This document shows, one piece after another, positions 46,616 through 55,326 of a stretch of DNA of 64,000 bases. Each line of letters starts with the position of its first letter. Position 1 is the stretch's first letter. Origin of the DNA: Bacteroidales bacterium (GTDB taxonomy: Bacteria > Bacteroidota > Bacteroidia > Bacteroidales > UBA1402). The notes below the pieces were generated by a model, which worked only from the letters and a program-made list of their open reading frames with translations, was not told where the DNA came from and ran no database searches. A program made the position numbers and the translations under genes. The stretch lies in contig DASTGN010000004.1 of the NCBI GenBank assembly GCA_035719105.1, forward strand, positions 741,252 to 805,251. Direction: 5' to 3'.

Positions 46616-47614
46616 ATGAAAAACGGAAAATATAAACTTTTAGCGCTGCTTACCTTGGCTTTGCCCTTGTTTTTGGTAAGTTGCCTGACAGATAGTGATT
46701 ATGAAGACGGTGTCATTGGTATAAAGCCTAATGAAAACCACTTTGTTGAAGTACACTTAACTTCCGGAAACAATAAGAATATTGTGTCCAGATCATATGA
46801 TGCCATTGGTCATGATACGACCATCAGCTTGATTCCTATTCATCTGACCACAACACCAACTTCGGATGTAACCATTACTTTTTCGGTATTGGATACTCTA
46901 AATAGGAATGTTCCTCCTGTTGGTGATACTAAACCTTATTATGTTCTGGATTCTTTAGTTAAAATCGATGGCTATTCTTTGCCAGATCCTGCCAAATATG
47001 TAGTTCTAAACACTGACATGAAGGTTACTATACCTGCTGGTCAAACAACTGGTTACATTAATGTCAAATTTAATCCCAATGATTTTATTGGTGCTACGTA
47101 TGTATTTGGTGTCAGGATAACATCCATTACGGGTGGAGACTATACTATTAGCAATTTGACCGACGGTTATGTGAAGTTTGGTGTCAAGAACATGTACGAT
47201 GGAGAATACATCAATACCGGTACGATGGTTGACCATGTAAATCCTGTATTTACAGCAGGTTATCCTTTGTTGGTAGACTTGATCACACAGGATGGCAGTT
47301 CAGTTGCCTATTTTGATGTCGAAATTTGGGGTGATTACTTCCATGCGTTCAAAAATGGAGCAAGTTGGAGCGGATATGGTAGCTTTGCACCTGTCTTCAA
47401 GTTCGATGCCAACAATAATGTCATTTCTGTAGTCAATCTGTATGGTCAACCTGCTGGTAACGGTCGTAAAGCTGAGTTGGATGCTACAACACCTGGTGTT
47501 GTTAACAAATATGATCCAGCTACCAGGACACTGAAGGTATCTTATTGGATGATTCAGAATGGAGTATATAGAACTCGTTTTGATGAAACCTTCACTTATG
47601 AGGGTTCACGGTAA
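46616..47614 (+). CDS. PUL-associated surface lipoprotein (DUF1735/DUF4361-like, tentative)
   Basis: 332 aa. Lipobox FLVSC; Ig-like N-terminal part (VTITFSV...VTIPAGQTTGYINVKF); C-terminal beta-rich domain. Third gene of the locus. Confidence 0.6.
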   Translation: MKNGKYKLLALLTLALPLFLVSCLTDSDYEDGVIGIKPNENHFVEVHLTSGNNKNIVSRSYDAIGHDTTISLIPIHLTTTPTSDVTITFSVLDTLNRNVPPVGDTKPYYVLDSLVKIDGYSLPDPAKYVVLNTDMKVTIPAGQTTGYINVKFNPNDFIGATYVFGVRITSITGGDYTISNLTDGYVKFGVKNMYDGEYINTGTMVDHVNPVFTAGYPLLVDLITQDGSSVAYFDVEIWGDYFHAFKNGASWSGYGSFAPVFKFDANNNVISVVNLYGQPAGNGRKAELDATTPGVVNKYDPATRTLKVSYWMIQNGVYRTRFDETFTYEGSR

Positions 47615-47631
47615 ACAGTTCTTTTCATAAT

Positions 47632-47676
47632 AAATGGGCGCCTTTAAAGCAATATGCTTAGAGGCGCCCATTTTAC
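47632..47676. terminator. hairpin terminator between convergent genes
   Basis: 11-bp stem aaatgggcgcc / ggcgcccattt with a 20-nt loop. Confidence 0.7.
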
Positions 47677-47694
47677 GTTATAAGATAGAGCAAT

Positions 47695-48549
47695 TTAGTG
47701 AATGGTAATTTCTTTTGATTTACCGTTTACAGTTAGTATAGCAGTGTTGTCGCAGGTTCCGTTACCATAATCGATAGACCATTTTCTGCCTTTGCTGTTT
47801 TCGAAAGAAGCAATGCCGCTGACAATGTGTTTGCAAGAGGCTTCAAACAAAAGAGGAGTTGACTCGTCAATGGTTTTGGTAACTACAACGCCATTGGATT
47901 GCGTATTGACAGCGGTACCCCAAGTTAAAGTCTGATCGTCCGTTTTATCTGCAAGGACATTCTTTTTGTATTGACGTGTGATATCGGTGAGACGTGTCAA
48001 GGTATCACCCTTTGCGATGTTGATAACACGAAGGTTTTCTTTCAGCGTTGCTGTCTGAATGGTATTGGAAGAATCCCTCCGAATAGTTTTAGTGACGTTA
48101 CCTTCCATTCTACGACCGTCTACAATGAAGTTTTCAAAGGTTTTTTGACGAACGGAGGGGAATGTTTTAAACGAGGTTGCTGTAATGATAATTTTACCGG
48201 AACGCACCTTGCCGTCCTTTCCAGTGCATGAAGTGCCGAAGTCTATGGTCATTACTTGAGGAACCACATTTTTATCTACCGTAATCACTGGACAATCAGT
48301 GAGGTATTGATTGCTGTCGGTTGAAGCGGCACGTGCAAGGCTGACATTGTTGGTGATTGCTTCTTCTACCAATAGATCTACCGATTCAAGTGTCTCATCC
48401 AATTGCGTTTCATCCAAAGAAGCGACTGCTGGCGCATCTGCACCAACCAAGGCAGATTCATCGTTCAAAACACCTGTTCCGTTGTTTTGACAAGACGGAA
48501 GCAGCAGAAAAGCCAATCCGACTGAGTAAAGGAAAACTGTTTTTTTCAT
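47695..48549 (-). CDS. hypothetical lipoprotein
   Basis: 284 aa. Lipobox LLLPSC; no recognisable family. Divergent from the ECF sigma gene. Confidence 0.7.
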   Translation of the reverse strand: MKKTVFLYSVGLAFLLLPSCQNNGTGVLNDESALVGADAPAVASLDETQLDETLESVDLLVEEAITNNVSLARAASTDSNQYLTDCPVITVDKNVVPQVMTIDFGTSCTGKDGKVRSGKIIITATSFKTFPSVRQKTFENFIVDGRRMEGNVTKTIRRDSSNTIQTATLKENLRVINIAKGDTLTRLTDITRQYKKNVLADKTDDQTLTWGTAVNTQSNGVVVTKTIDESTPLLFEASCKHIVSGIASFENSKGRKWSIDYGNGTCDNTAILTVNGKSKEITIH

Positions 48550-48579
48550 TTTGTTTGATATTTAGGGTTTACATTCGTT

Positions 48580-48603
48580 TGAAACCATTTTTTGACCAAC
48601 GTT
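48580..48603 (+). promoter_or_regulatory. candidate ECF-type promoter (weak)
   Basis: TGAAAC-N14-CGTT. It resembles the ECF -35 AAC / -10 CGT architecture but the spacer is about 2 nt shorter than usual. About 75 nt upstream of the sigma gene. Confidence 0.2.
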
Positions 48604-48647
48604 AAATGTCAAAAGAATATTTTTTCATTAATTTCAATTGGAGTTTT

Positions 48648-48655
48648 TAACTTTG
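48648..48655 (+). promoter_or_regulatory. Bacteroidetes -7 promoter box
   Basis: TAACTTTG; 22 nt gap to the ATG at 48678. Confidence 0.45.
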
Positions 48656-48677
48656 AAGATTCACGTGCATCAAAGAT

Positions 48678-49244
48678 ATGAAAATTGTAAACTTGATGAG
48701 TCAACAAGCTGAAGCCGAGATCCTTTCTTTGATGCAGAATCCTTTAACCAAGGATCAAGGTTTTCTGTTGTTGATGAATACCTATCAAAAACCACTGTAT
48801 TGGCATATAAGGCGATTGGTGGTTACGCACGAAGATGCTGAGGATCTTTTGCAGGAAACATTCATTCTGGTATACAGCCACATTGCTTCATTTAAAGGTG
48901 ATAGCAGATTGTACACCTGGTTGTACCGAATAGCGACCAATGAATGCAACCGTCACTTCAGACGTAAGGAATCCCGAATACAACGGGAAGAATTGCTTAC
49001 GGATCAAACTGCTGAACTAGCGGTAGAACCTGAACTTGAGAATAGCGACGATATTTTGGTAAAATTTCAAAAAGCCATTCAACAGTTGCCCAACAAACAG
49101 AAAATCGTCTTCAATCTTCGTTACTACGAGGAATTGCCTTATGAAGACATTGCGCAGATTCTACACACGACAGTGGGAACTCTTAGAACCAGTTACCATT
49201 TCGCATTTGAAAAAATTAAAAACTATTTATCAGAACATGACTAA
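48678..49244 (+). CDS. ECF-type RNA polymerase sigma-70 factor
   Basis: 188 aa. Region 2 (DAEDLLQETFILVY...WLYRIATN) and region 4 (YEELPYEDIAQILHTTVGTLRTSYHFA). Confidence 0.9.
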   Translation: MKIVNLMSQQAEAEILSLMQNPLTKDQGFLLLMNTYQKPLYWHIRRLVVTHEDAEDLLQETFILVYSHIASFKGDSRLYTWLYRIATNECNRHFRRKESRIQREELLTDQTAELAVEPELENSDDILVKFQKAIQQLPNKQKIVFNLRYYEELPYEDIAQILHTTVGTLRTSYHFAFEKIKNYLSEHD

Positions 49245-49731
49245 CCCGAACCCCAAGTTTCCAAAAATCGGCAAGGAACTACCTTATAACGTCCCAAACG
49301 ATTTTTTTGATAAACTGCCGGAAAAAACGTTGCAGCTTGCTAAAATACGAATGGAATCGAACCGTCGTAAAAATAGAACCATTCGGTTTTTTGCTGTGAT
49401 TTCTGCAGCTGCCGCTATCATTTTGTTGTTATTGGTGACTCCTTCCCGGGACATGACCCCTAAAAACCATTTAATGGCGGCTCTCAAGAAAAACAAGACA
49501 AAGACCAACGAAAAGGCTATCCTTCCAAAAGCGCTGCCCAAAAAATCTATTCAGGTGAAAGTGGTTGAAAAGAAACTAAATAAAGAATCTGCCACATTTT
49601 CTACCCAAACGGAAAGCATTGATGACATTTTGCAAGGTTTGTCTGACGATGAACTGGCACAATTGACGGCCATGTACAGTTCAGAAGACCTACCTGTGGA
49701 TCTCTCACAAGTAACCAATACGATCAACTGA
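49237..49731 (+). CDS. single-pass membrane protein, putative cognate anti-sigma factor (atypical)
   Basis: Its ATG overlaps the sigma stop (ATGACTAA, 8 nt). One TM segment (FFAVISAAAAIILLLLV). No HxxxCxxC zinc motif and no FecR-like domain visible. Confidence 0.55.
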   Translation: MTNPNPKFPKIGKELPYNVPNDFFDKLPEKTLQLAKIRMESNRRKNRTIRFFAVISAAAAIILLLLVTPSRDMTPKNHLMAALKKNKTKTNEKAILPKALPKKSIQVKVVEKKLNKESATFSTQTESIDDILQGLSDDELAQLTAMYSSEDLPVDLSQVTNTIN

Positions 49732-49732
49732 T

Positions 49733-50188
49733 ATGAAGAAAATCATTTCAATGTTGTTGCTTTTGATGTTTTTGGCCCTTACATCGGCACAAGCACAAAA
49801 TCCAAACCGCAACCAGCTGTTACGTCAACGAATCGAACAGGCTAAACTGCATCAAATCAGGCTTAATTTGAATTTGGATGAAGTGACTTTCGTTCAGTTT
49901 CGCCCAGTTTATTTGAGGTATGAACGCACCTTGGCCAACATCGATTTCAAAAGTCAAAATAGAATACTGAAAGTAAATGCTGATAGTTTGACCACTTTGG
50001 AGGCCGATGAATTACTATTTGCTCAATGGTCAAGAGCCAAACAACTTATCCAGGTTAGGGAACGGTTTTATCGTGAATTTCGCAAGATATTGAGTGCACA
50101 ACAACTCATCAAACTTTATCAGTCTGAAACAGAAATTCGACAAAAAGTGATGTCTGAATTTGGGAAACGTAAAAGGCAAACTATTTAA
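49733..50188 (+). CDS. periplasmic helical protein, function unknown
   Basis: 151 aa. Signal peptide ...LALTSAQA; R/Q/E/L-rich helices; starts 1 nt after the previous stop. Confidence 0.65.
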   Translation: MKKIISMLLLLMFLALTSAQAQNPNRNQLLRQRIEQAKLHQIRLNLNLDEVTFVQFRPVYLRYERTLANIDFKSQNRILKVNADSLTTLEADELLFAQWSRAKQLIQVRERFYREFRKILSAQQLIKLYQSETEIRQKVMSEFGKRKRQTI

Positions 50189-51145
50189 TTATTGGGAAAC
50201 TTCATCCATTCCTTTTTTGTTCACTAAGATGGAGGCGATGATGGAAATAGTCAAAAGACTAACGATGACGCCCAGAGAAACAAGGTTGGAGATTTCCAAA
50301 TCGTATCCCATTTGTCCACAGAACTCATTGAAACACATCTTAACTCCGATAAAAGAAAGGATGCCCGCCAAAGCGTATTTGAGGTAATAAAAGTATTTCA
50401 TGATGCCGCTTAAGGCGAAATACAAGGATCTAAGCCCCAAAATGGCAAAGATGTTGGATGTGTAGACAATAAACGGATCTTTTGAAACGGAAAGGACTGC
50501 CGGGATGGAATCCACCGCAAAAATGAGGTCGGAACCCTCGATCACCAATAGCACAATGAAAAAGGTTGTCGCAAACCATTTACCTTCGCGTTTGACAAAG
50601 AAACTGTGAACGTTGGGTTCGTACGTAATAGGAATAATTTTACGGACGAATTTTAGTAATACGTGGTCAGTCGGATTGTATTCCTCGCTTTCGCTTTTCT
50701 CAAAAAGCATTTTAACACCAGTATAAATCAGGAAAGCTCCGAAAATATACATCACCCAATCAAACTGATGAATGAGGGCCACGCCTGCAAAAATGAAGAC
50801 TGCACGCATGACAATAGCTCCTATGATACCCCAAAACAAAATTTTGTGTTGATATTGAGGCGCTATCTTGAAGAAGCCGAAAATCATGATGAACACGAAC
50901 AAATTGTCCACGCTCAAGGATTCTTCAATGAGGTAACCGGTTAAAAATTCCAGGGCTTTTTGATGTCCCAGAAAATAGTAGACACCCATGTTGAAGGCTA
51001 TCGCCAACCCAATCCAAAATAAACTCCATAAAAGCGCGGTCTTGACTTTCATGACCGTATCTTTTTTATGAAATACGAACAAGTCAAGGCTTAGCATTAC
51101 CACGACAAAAGCTACGAAGCCAATCCAAAATCCAATACCTACCAT
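50189..51145 (-). CDS. TerC-family integral membrane protein
   Basis: 318 aa polytopic protein; EESLSVDNLFVF and GSDLIFAVDSIPAV TerC signature repeats. Confidence 0.88.
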   Translation of the reverse strand: MVGIGFWIGFVAFVVVMLSLDLFVFHKKDTVMKVKTALLWSLFWIGLAIAFNMGVYYFLGHQKALEFLTGYLIEESLSVDNLFVFIMIFGFFKIAPQYQHKILFWGIIGAIVMRAVFIFAGVALIHQFDWVMYIFGAFLIYTGVKMLFEKSESEEYNPTDHVLLKFVRKIIPITYEPNVHSFFVKREGKWFATTFFIVLLVIEGSDLIFAVDSIPAVLSVSKDPFIVYTSNIFAILGLRSLYFALSGIMKYFYYLKYALAGILSFIGVKMCFNEFCGQMGYDLEISNLVSLGVIVSLLTISIIASILVNKKGMDEVSQ

Positions 51146-51182
51146 AATTGAAAAAGTTTTAATCCTGTTTTAAAACAGTTGT

Positions 51183-51190
51183 ACAAAACT
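51183..51190 (-). promoter_or_regulatory. Bacteroidetes -7 promoter box
   Basis: TAGTTTTG on the minus strand; 37 nt gap to the terC-like ATG. Confidence 0.4.
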
Positions 51191-51241
51191 AATCAAAAAA
51201 AAGGTGCTAAACAAAAGACTTACTTTTTGTCGGCTTTGTCT

Positions 51242-51249
51242 TATCTTTG
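51242..51249 (+). promoter_or_regulatory. Bacteroidetes -7 promoter box
   Basis: TATCTTTG; 16 nt gap to the ATG at 51266. It lies inside the over-extended track ORF. Confidence 0.5.
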
Positions 51250-51265
51250 TTGCAAACCCATTATT

Positions 51266-52486
51266 ATGTTTGTTGAGCTAAAAGACGTCGCTGATACTGA
51301 AAAGGCTGTACTGGTTGGTCTTATAACCCAGAATCAACCCGAGCAGAAAGCTTGGGAATACTTAGATGAGCTTGAATTTCTGGCTGAAACTGCTGGAGCT
51401 GAAGTGGTCAAGATGTTTGTACAACGGGTGGATGGTCCCAATCCAAAAACCTTTGTAGGAACCGGAAAGCTATCCGAAATTAAATCTTATGTGACTGAAC
51501 ACGAGGTTGGCATGGTAATTTTTGACGATGATCTTTCATCCAAGCAAGTCCGCAATTTAGAGGCGGAACTGATGGTCAAGATTCTGGATCGCACGAATCT
51601 GATCCTCGATATTTTTGCAAAACGTGCACAAACCGCCCATGCAAAGACCCAGGTGGAATTGGCGCAATACAAATACATGTTGCCAAGACTGTCTCATTTG
51701 TGGACTCACCTGGAACGCCAACGCGGAGGTATTGGGATGCGCGGGCCTGGTGAATCGCAGATTGAAACCGACCGCCGAATCATTTTGGACAAGATTTCCT
51801 ACCTTAAAGAGGAATTGAAACACATCGATAAACAAAAAGCAACACAGCGCAAAAATAGAGGTAAGATGGTTCGTGTGGCTTTAGTTGGTTACACCAATGT
51901 GGGCAAATCTACGCTGATGAATGTGCTTAGTAAGTCGGAGGTTTTCGCGGAAAACAAACTATTTGCGACCTTGGACACGACCGTTCGTAAGGTTATTATC
52001 GACAACTTACCTTTTCTACTCACAGATACAGTTGGATTCATCCGTAAACTGCCTCACGATTTGGTTGAGTCGTTCAAATCGACCTTGGATGAAGTTCGGG
52101 AAGCCGACTTGTTGTTGCACATCGTAGACATTTCACACGCTGGGTTTGAGGAGCAAATCGACGTGGTGAACAAGACTTTGGCTGAACTTGAATGTGGGGA
52201 TAAGCCCAATATTCTTATATTCAATAAGATAGACGCCTTTTCGTATATCGAGAAAGAAGAAGATGACTTGACGCCCAGTACCAGAGAAAATGTTTCGCTC
52301 GAAGAATTGCAGAGAAGTTGGATGGCAAAACTCGGAAATGATTGCATTTTTATTTCAGCCAAGAATCTAACCAATCTAGAAGCCTTGAAAACGTTGGTGT
52401 ACGATCGTGTCAAAGCCATTCACATCCGTCGTTTCCCATATAACGACTTCCTATTTCAAAAGTACGATGAAACTGACGAATTGTAA
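51266..52486 (+). CDS. hflX: GTPase HflX
   Basis: HflX N-terminal domain plus G-domain (GYTNVGKST, DTVGF, NKID). Confidence 0.93.
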   Translation: MFVELKDVADTEKAVLVGLITQNQPEQKAWEYLDELEFLAETAGAEVVKMFVQRVDGPNPKTFVGTGKLSEIKSYVTEHEVGMVIFDDDLSSKQVRNLEAELMVKILDRTNLILDIFAKRAQTAHAKTQVELAQYKYMLPRLSHLWTHLERQRGGIGMRGPGESQIETDRRIILDKISYLKEELKHIDKQKATQRKNRGKMVRVALVGYTNVGKSTLMNVLSKSEVFAENKLFATLDTTVRKVIIDNLPFLLTDTVGFIRKLPHDLVESFKSTLDEVREADLLLHIVDISHAGFEEQIDVVNKTLAELECGDKPNILIFNKIDAFSYIEKEEDDLTPSTRENVSLEELQRSWMAKLGNDCIFISAKNLTNLEALKTLVYDRVKAIHIRRFPYNDFLFQKYDETDEL

Positions 52487-52502
52487 TTAACATTTTGCGG
52501 AA

Positions 52503-54470
52503 ATGAATACCAGTAGACCCTTATCGTCCGAAGAAATTACACAGTTGACCAACCAGCACTGTCATGCTGAAGATTGGAGCCGAATTCGTGTCAGTGCCTA
52601 TTTCAAAGCTGAATACGTCACTGAAACTGTATTTTCCGGAGATATTTACTTGGGCTGTTTTGGAAAAAAGTTGATTCTGCCAGGTGGAGTTCCCGTCGAA
52701 AGCAGCATTTGCAAGGCTCATCTTCACAATTGCCTAATAGCCGACAACGTTTATATCAGCCACGTCAGTTTGTATATTGCAAACTACAGCATCGGAGAGG
52801 GAACCATTATTGAAAACATCGGTGCTTTGTTTACGGAAGGTGAAAGCAGTTTCGGAAACGGAACGTCGGTTTCCATTTTGGATGAAACGGGAGGTTGTGC
52901 AGTTCCCATTTACGATGGACTTTCCGCTCAGACAGCTTATGTAGTAGCCATGAACGGTCATCGACCTGAGTTGATCGGAACGATTCACAAACTGGTTCAA
53001 GATAAAGTTCGTTTACAGCGTTCATCCATGGGGACGATTGGATCTTCATGCAGTATTCGCAATACCGGAACGTTACGAAACCTTCGTATTGGAGATGGCT
53101 GTGAAATTAATGGCGCCAGTGTACTCGAAGATGGAAGCCTGTGCAGTTCCATTTCTGCTTTTCAGGGGGACAATAAGGAGCCTTTGTTGACAGCGGCATA
53201 CGTCGGAGCCAACGTTATTGCCAAGCATTTCATTTTTGCCCCAGGTTCTGTTGTGAAAGATGGTGTACAGCTGGAACGATGCTTTGTAGGAGAAGCAGCC
53301 GAACTTTCCAAAGGATTTTCTGCACATGATTCCTTATTTTTTGCCAACTGCCAAATGGAAAATGGAGAAGCATGCGCTTCGTTTGCAGGGCCTTATACGG
53401 TTTCCATGCATAAATCCACCTTGCTGGTGGGTGGTATGTTTTCGTTCTGTAATTTCGGATCCGGAACCAATCAAAGCAACCATTTCTACAAGTTAGGTCC
53501 CATGCACAGTGGCGTTTGCGAGCGAGGCTGCAAAACTGGCAGCGATGCCTATATCCTTTGGCCGGGGCGCGTCGGTGCATTCACCTTTATAAAGGGTCGT
53601 CACACTGGAAACCCAGATACCTCCGATTTCCCATTCTCCTATTTGATCGAAGACGGAGGTAAGAGCTACCTTACGCCTGGCGCAACTTTGCGTAGTGTAG
53701 GAACCTTGCGTGATGAACTCAAGTGGCCTCAGCGTGATAAACGCACTTCGCTCAAACCAGCTGACAAACTTTGTTTGGAAGTGTCCAATCCGTTTACGAT
53801 GAATGCCATAGATAGAGCCTTGGAGCAAATGGATGCATTGTTTGAAACGGAAGCGCCTGAGTTCTCGTTCAATGGTTGCATTTTAAAAAGATCGGCTATC
53901 GTTAAAGGTCGAAAACTCTACCAAACGGCATTGGATGCTTATATGGGAACCGCATTGATTCGTCGTTTGGAATACGTGCAAGAAGACACCTTGATGGACC
54001 TGATGAAAACTTTGACCACTGGAAACGGAATTCTTTCTGACCGATGGGCTGACCTTTCCGGATTATTGGTGCCGGAAAATGTACTGGAAGATCTGTTGCT
54101 TTCTATCGAAAAGGGTCAATGTGCTACTGTTGAGTCTTTAGAAGAATCCTGGGAGAAACTGTTCCGTCAATATCCGGATTTTGCTTGGCAAAGTATTTTG
54201 CAACGCTTGACCAAGACCTTGGACAAAGCCCCTTCAGCCCTTAAGGCAATTGATTTCCTGCCGGTGATTGAAGAATGGGAAAGTGCACAAACGACTGTTT
54301 ACAAACAAATGCTCAGCGACGCGGAAATGGAACTTTCCATGATGCATCGATATCATTCGAGCGAAAATCGTCCCGATCATCCTTTTATAAAGGTTATTCA
54401 TGCATTGTTGGATGAAATTCCCTTGAAGGCCGCACGTTGTAGAACGTTGTTGAATCAAGTCAACGGGTAA
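52503..54470 (+). CDS. large beta-helix (hexapeptide-repeat-like) protein, DUF4954-like, function unknown
   Basis: 655 aa. N-terminal half has recurring [LIV]G-x-x-x-x-I turns (IGEGTIIENIG, IGDGCEINGASV, VGANVIAKHFI); helical C-terminal third. 16 nt after hflX. Confidence 0.6.
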   Translation: MNTSRPLSSEEITQLTNQHCHAEDWSRIRVSAYFKAEYVTETVFSGDIYLGCFGKKLILPGGVPVESSICKAHLHNCLIADNVYISHVSLYIANYSIGEGTIIENIGALFTEGESSFGNGTSVSILDETGGCAVPIYDGLSAQTAYVVAMNGHRPELIGTIHKLVQDKVRLQRSSMGTIGSSCSIRNTGTLRNLRIGDGCEINGASVLEDGSLCSSISAFQGDNKEPLLTAAYVGANVIAKHFIFAPGSVVKDGVQLERCFVGEAAELSKGFSAHDSLFFANCQMENGEACASFAGPYTVSMHKSTLLVGGMFSFCNFGSGTNQSNHFYKLGPMHSGVCERGCKTGSDAYILWPGRVGAFTFIKGRHTGNPDTSDFPFSYLIEDGGKSYLTPGATLRSVGTLRDELKWPQRDKRTSLKPADKLCLEVSNPFTMNAIDRALEQMDALFETEAPEFSFNGCILKRSAIVKGRKLYQTALDAYMGTALIRRLEYVQEDTLMDLMKTLTTGNGILSDRWADLSGLLVPENVLEDLLLSIEKGQCATVESLEESWEKLFRQYPDFAWQSILQRLTKTLDKAPSALKAIDFLPVIEEWESAQTTVYKQMLSDAEMELSMMHRYHSSENRPDHPFIKVIHALLDEIPLKAARCRTLLNQVNG

Positions 54471-55227
54471 AGACCATTTTATTTTCTTTTGACAAGATCG
54501 AGTTGTACATATAACCCTCACTGTCAAAGCCTTTTAGAAGCTCAGGGTCTTGAATTCTGTTTTCTACAACAAAACGAGTCATCATACCTCTGGCTTTTTT
54601 GGTGTAAACGACAATTGTTTTGTATCCTCTGGGTTCCATTTGAAGGAAATCGACATTTATGACTCTGGCATTCAGTTTCTTAAGATCAATGCCTTTCATG
54701 TATTCTCCAGAGGCGAGGTTAAGGACGATGGGCGGTTCCTTCCTTTTCACCAATTCTTGATTCAAGGTGTCCGTGAGTTTTTGTTTCCAAAAGGAGTATA
54801 AATTTTCATGATCTTCTGTGAGGAAAGCGTCTCCAATGTCCAACCGATAGGGTTGAATCAGATCGAAAGGCCTCAAAATTCCATACATCCCTGAAAAAAT
54901 ACGTAAATGGTTTTGTAAATATGCAAAATGTTCCTGTGCGATATTTCGTACATCCAGTCCATGAAAGACTTCTCCGTTAAACACCATGACTGCCTGTTTT
55001 GCATTTTTGATGGTAAACGGTCGTTTCCATTGAGCGTACCGATCGGCATTCAATCTGGCCAGACTAGGGTTAATCTTAAGCAGATCGGCCAGGGCACTGA
55101 TGGATAAACGTCGAATGCGGTTGACCAAACTTTCTGCTTCGTCCATAAAGATGGGCTGAGTGGATTTGAAAAGGGTTGGTTCCGATTTGAAATCTTGAAT
55201 TTTGGCAGGAGAAAGCAGCACAATCAT
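54460..55227 (-). CDS. yaaA: peroxide stress protein YaaA (UPF0246/DUF328)
   Basis: MIVLLSPAKIQDF... typical YaaA N-terminus; 255 aa. Confidence 0.88.
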   Translation of the reverse strand: MIVLLSPAKIQDFKSEPTLFKSTQPIFMDEAESLVNRIRRLSISALADLLKINPSLARLNADRYAQWKRPFTIKNAKQAVMVFNGEVFHGLDVRNIAQEHFAYLQNHLRIFSGMYGILRPFDLIQPYRLDIGDAFLTEDHENLYSFWKQKLTDTLNQELVKRKEPPIVLNLASGEYMKGIDLKKLNARVINVDFLQMEPRGYKTIVVYTKKARGMMTRFVVENRIQDPELLKGFDSEGYMYNSILSKENKMVFTR

Positions 55228-55251
55228 ATTTTTTTACACTTCTGGTCCATG

Positions 55252-55259
55252 CAAATATA
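55252..55259 (-). promoter_or_regulatory. Bacteroidetes -7 promoter box
   Basis: TATATTTG on the minus strand; 24 nt gap to the yaaA ATG. Confidence 0.5.
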
Positions 55260-55292
55260 CAGAAATTAGAAACGTCTGTCGGTTCTGTTTCG

Positions 55293-55300
55293 TATCTTTG
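55293..55300 (+). promoter_or_regulatory. Bacteroidetes -7 promoter box
   Basis: TATCTTTG; 26 nt gap to the ATG at 55327. Confidence 0.5.
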
Positions 55301-55326
55301 CAACACGCAAACAAACATTAATCATC

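Noticed and set aside
51146-51265. A possible yybP-ykoY (Mn2+) riboswitch upstream of the TerC-family gene.
   Set aside because: A -7 box at 51183-51190 leaves a leader of only about 30 nt. I also could not find the conserved riboswitch helices or motifs in the 120-bp intergenic region.
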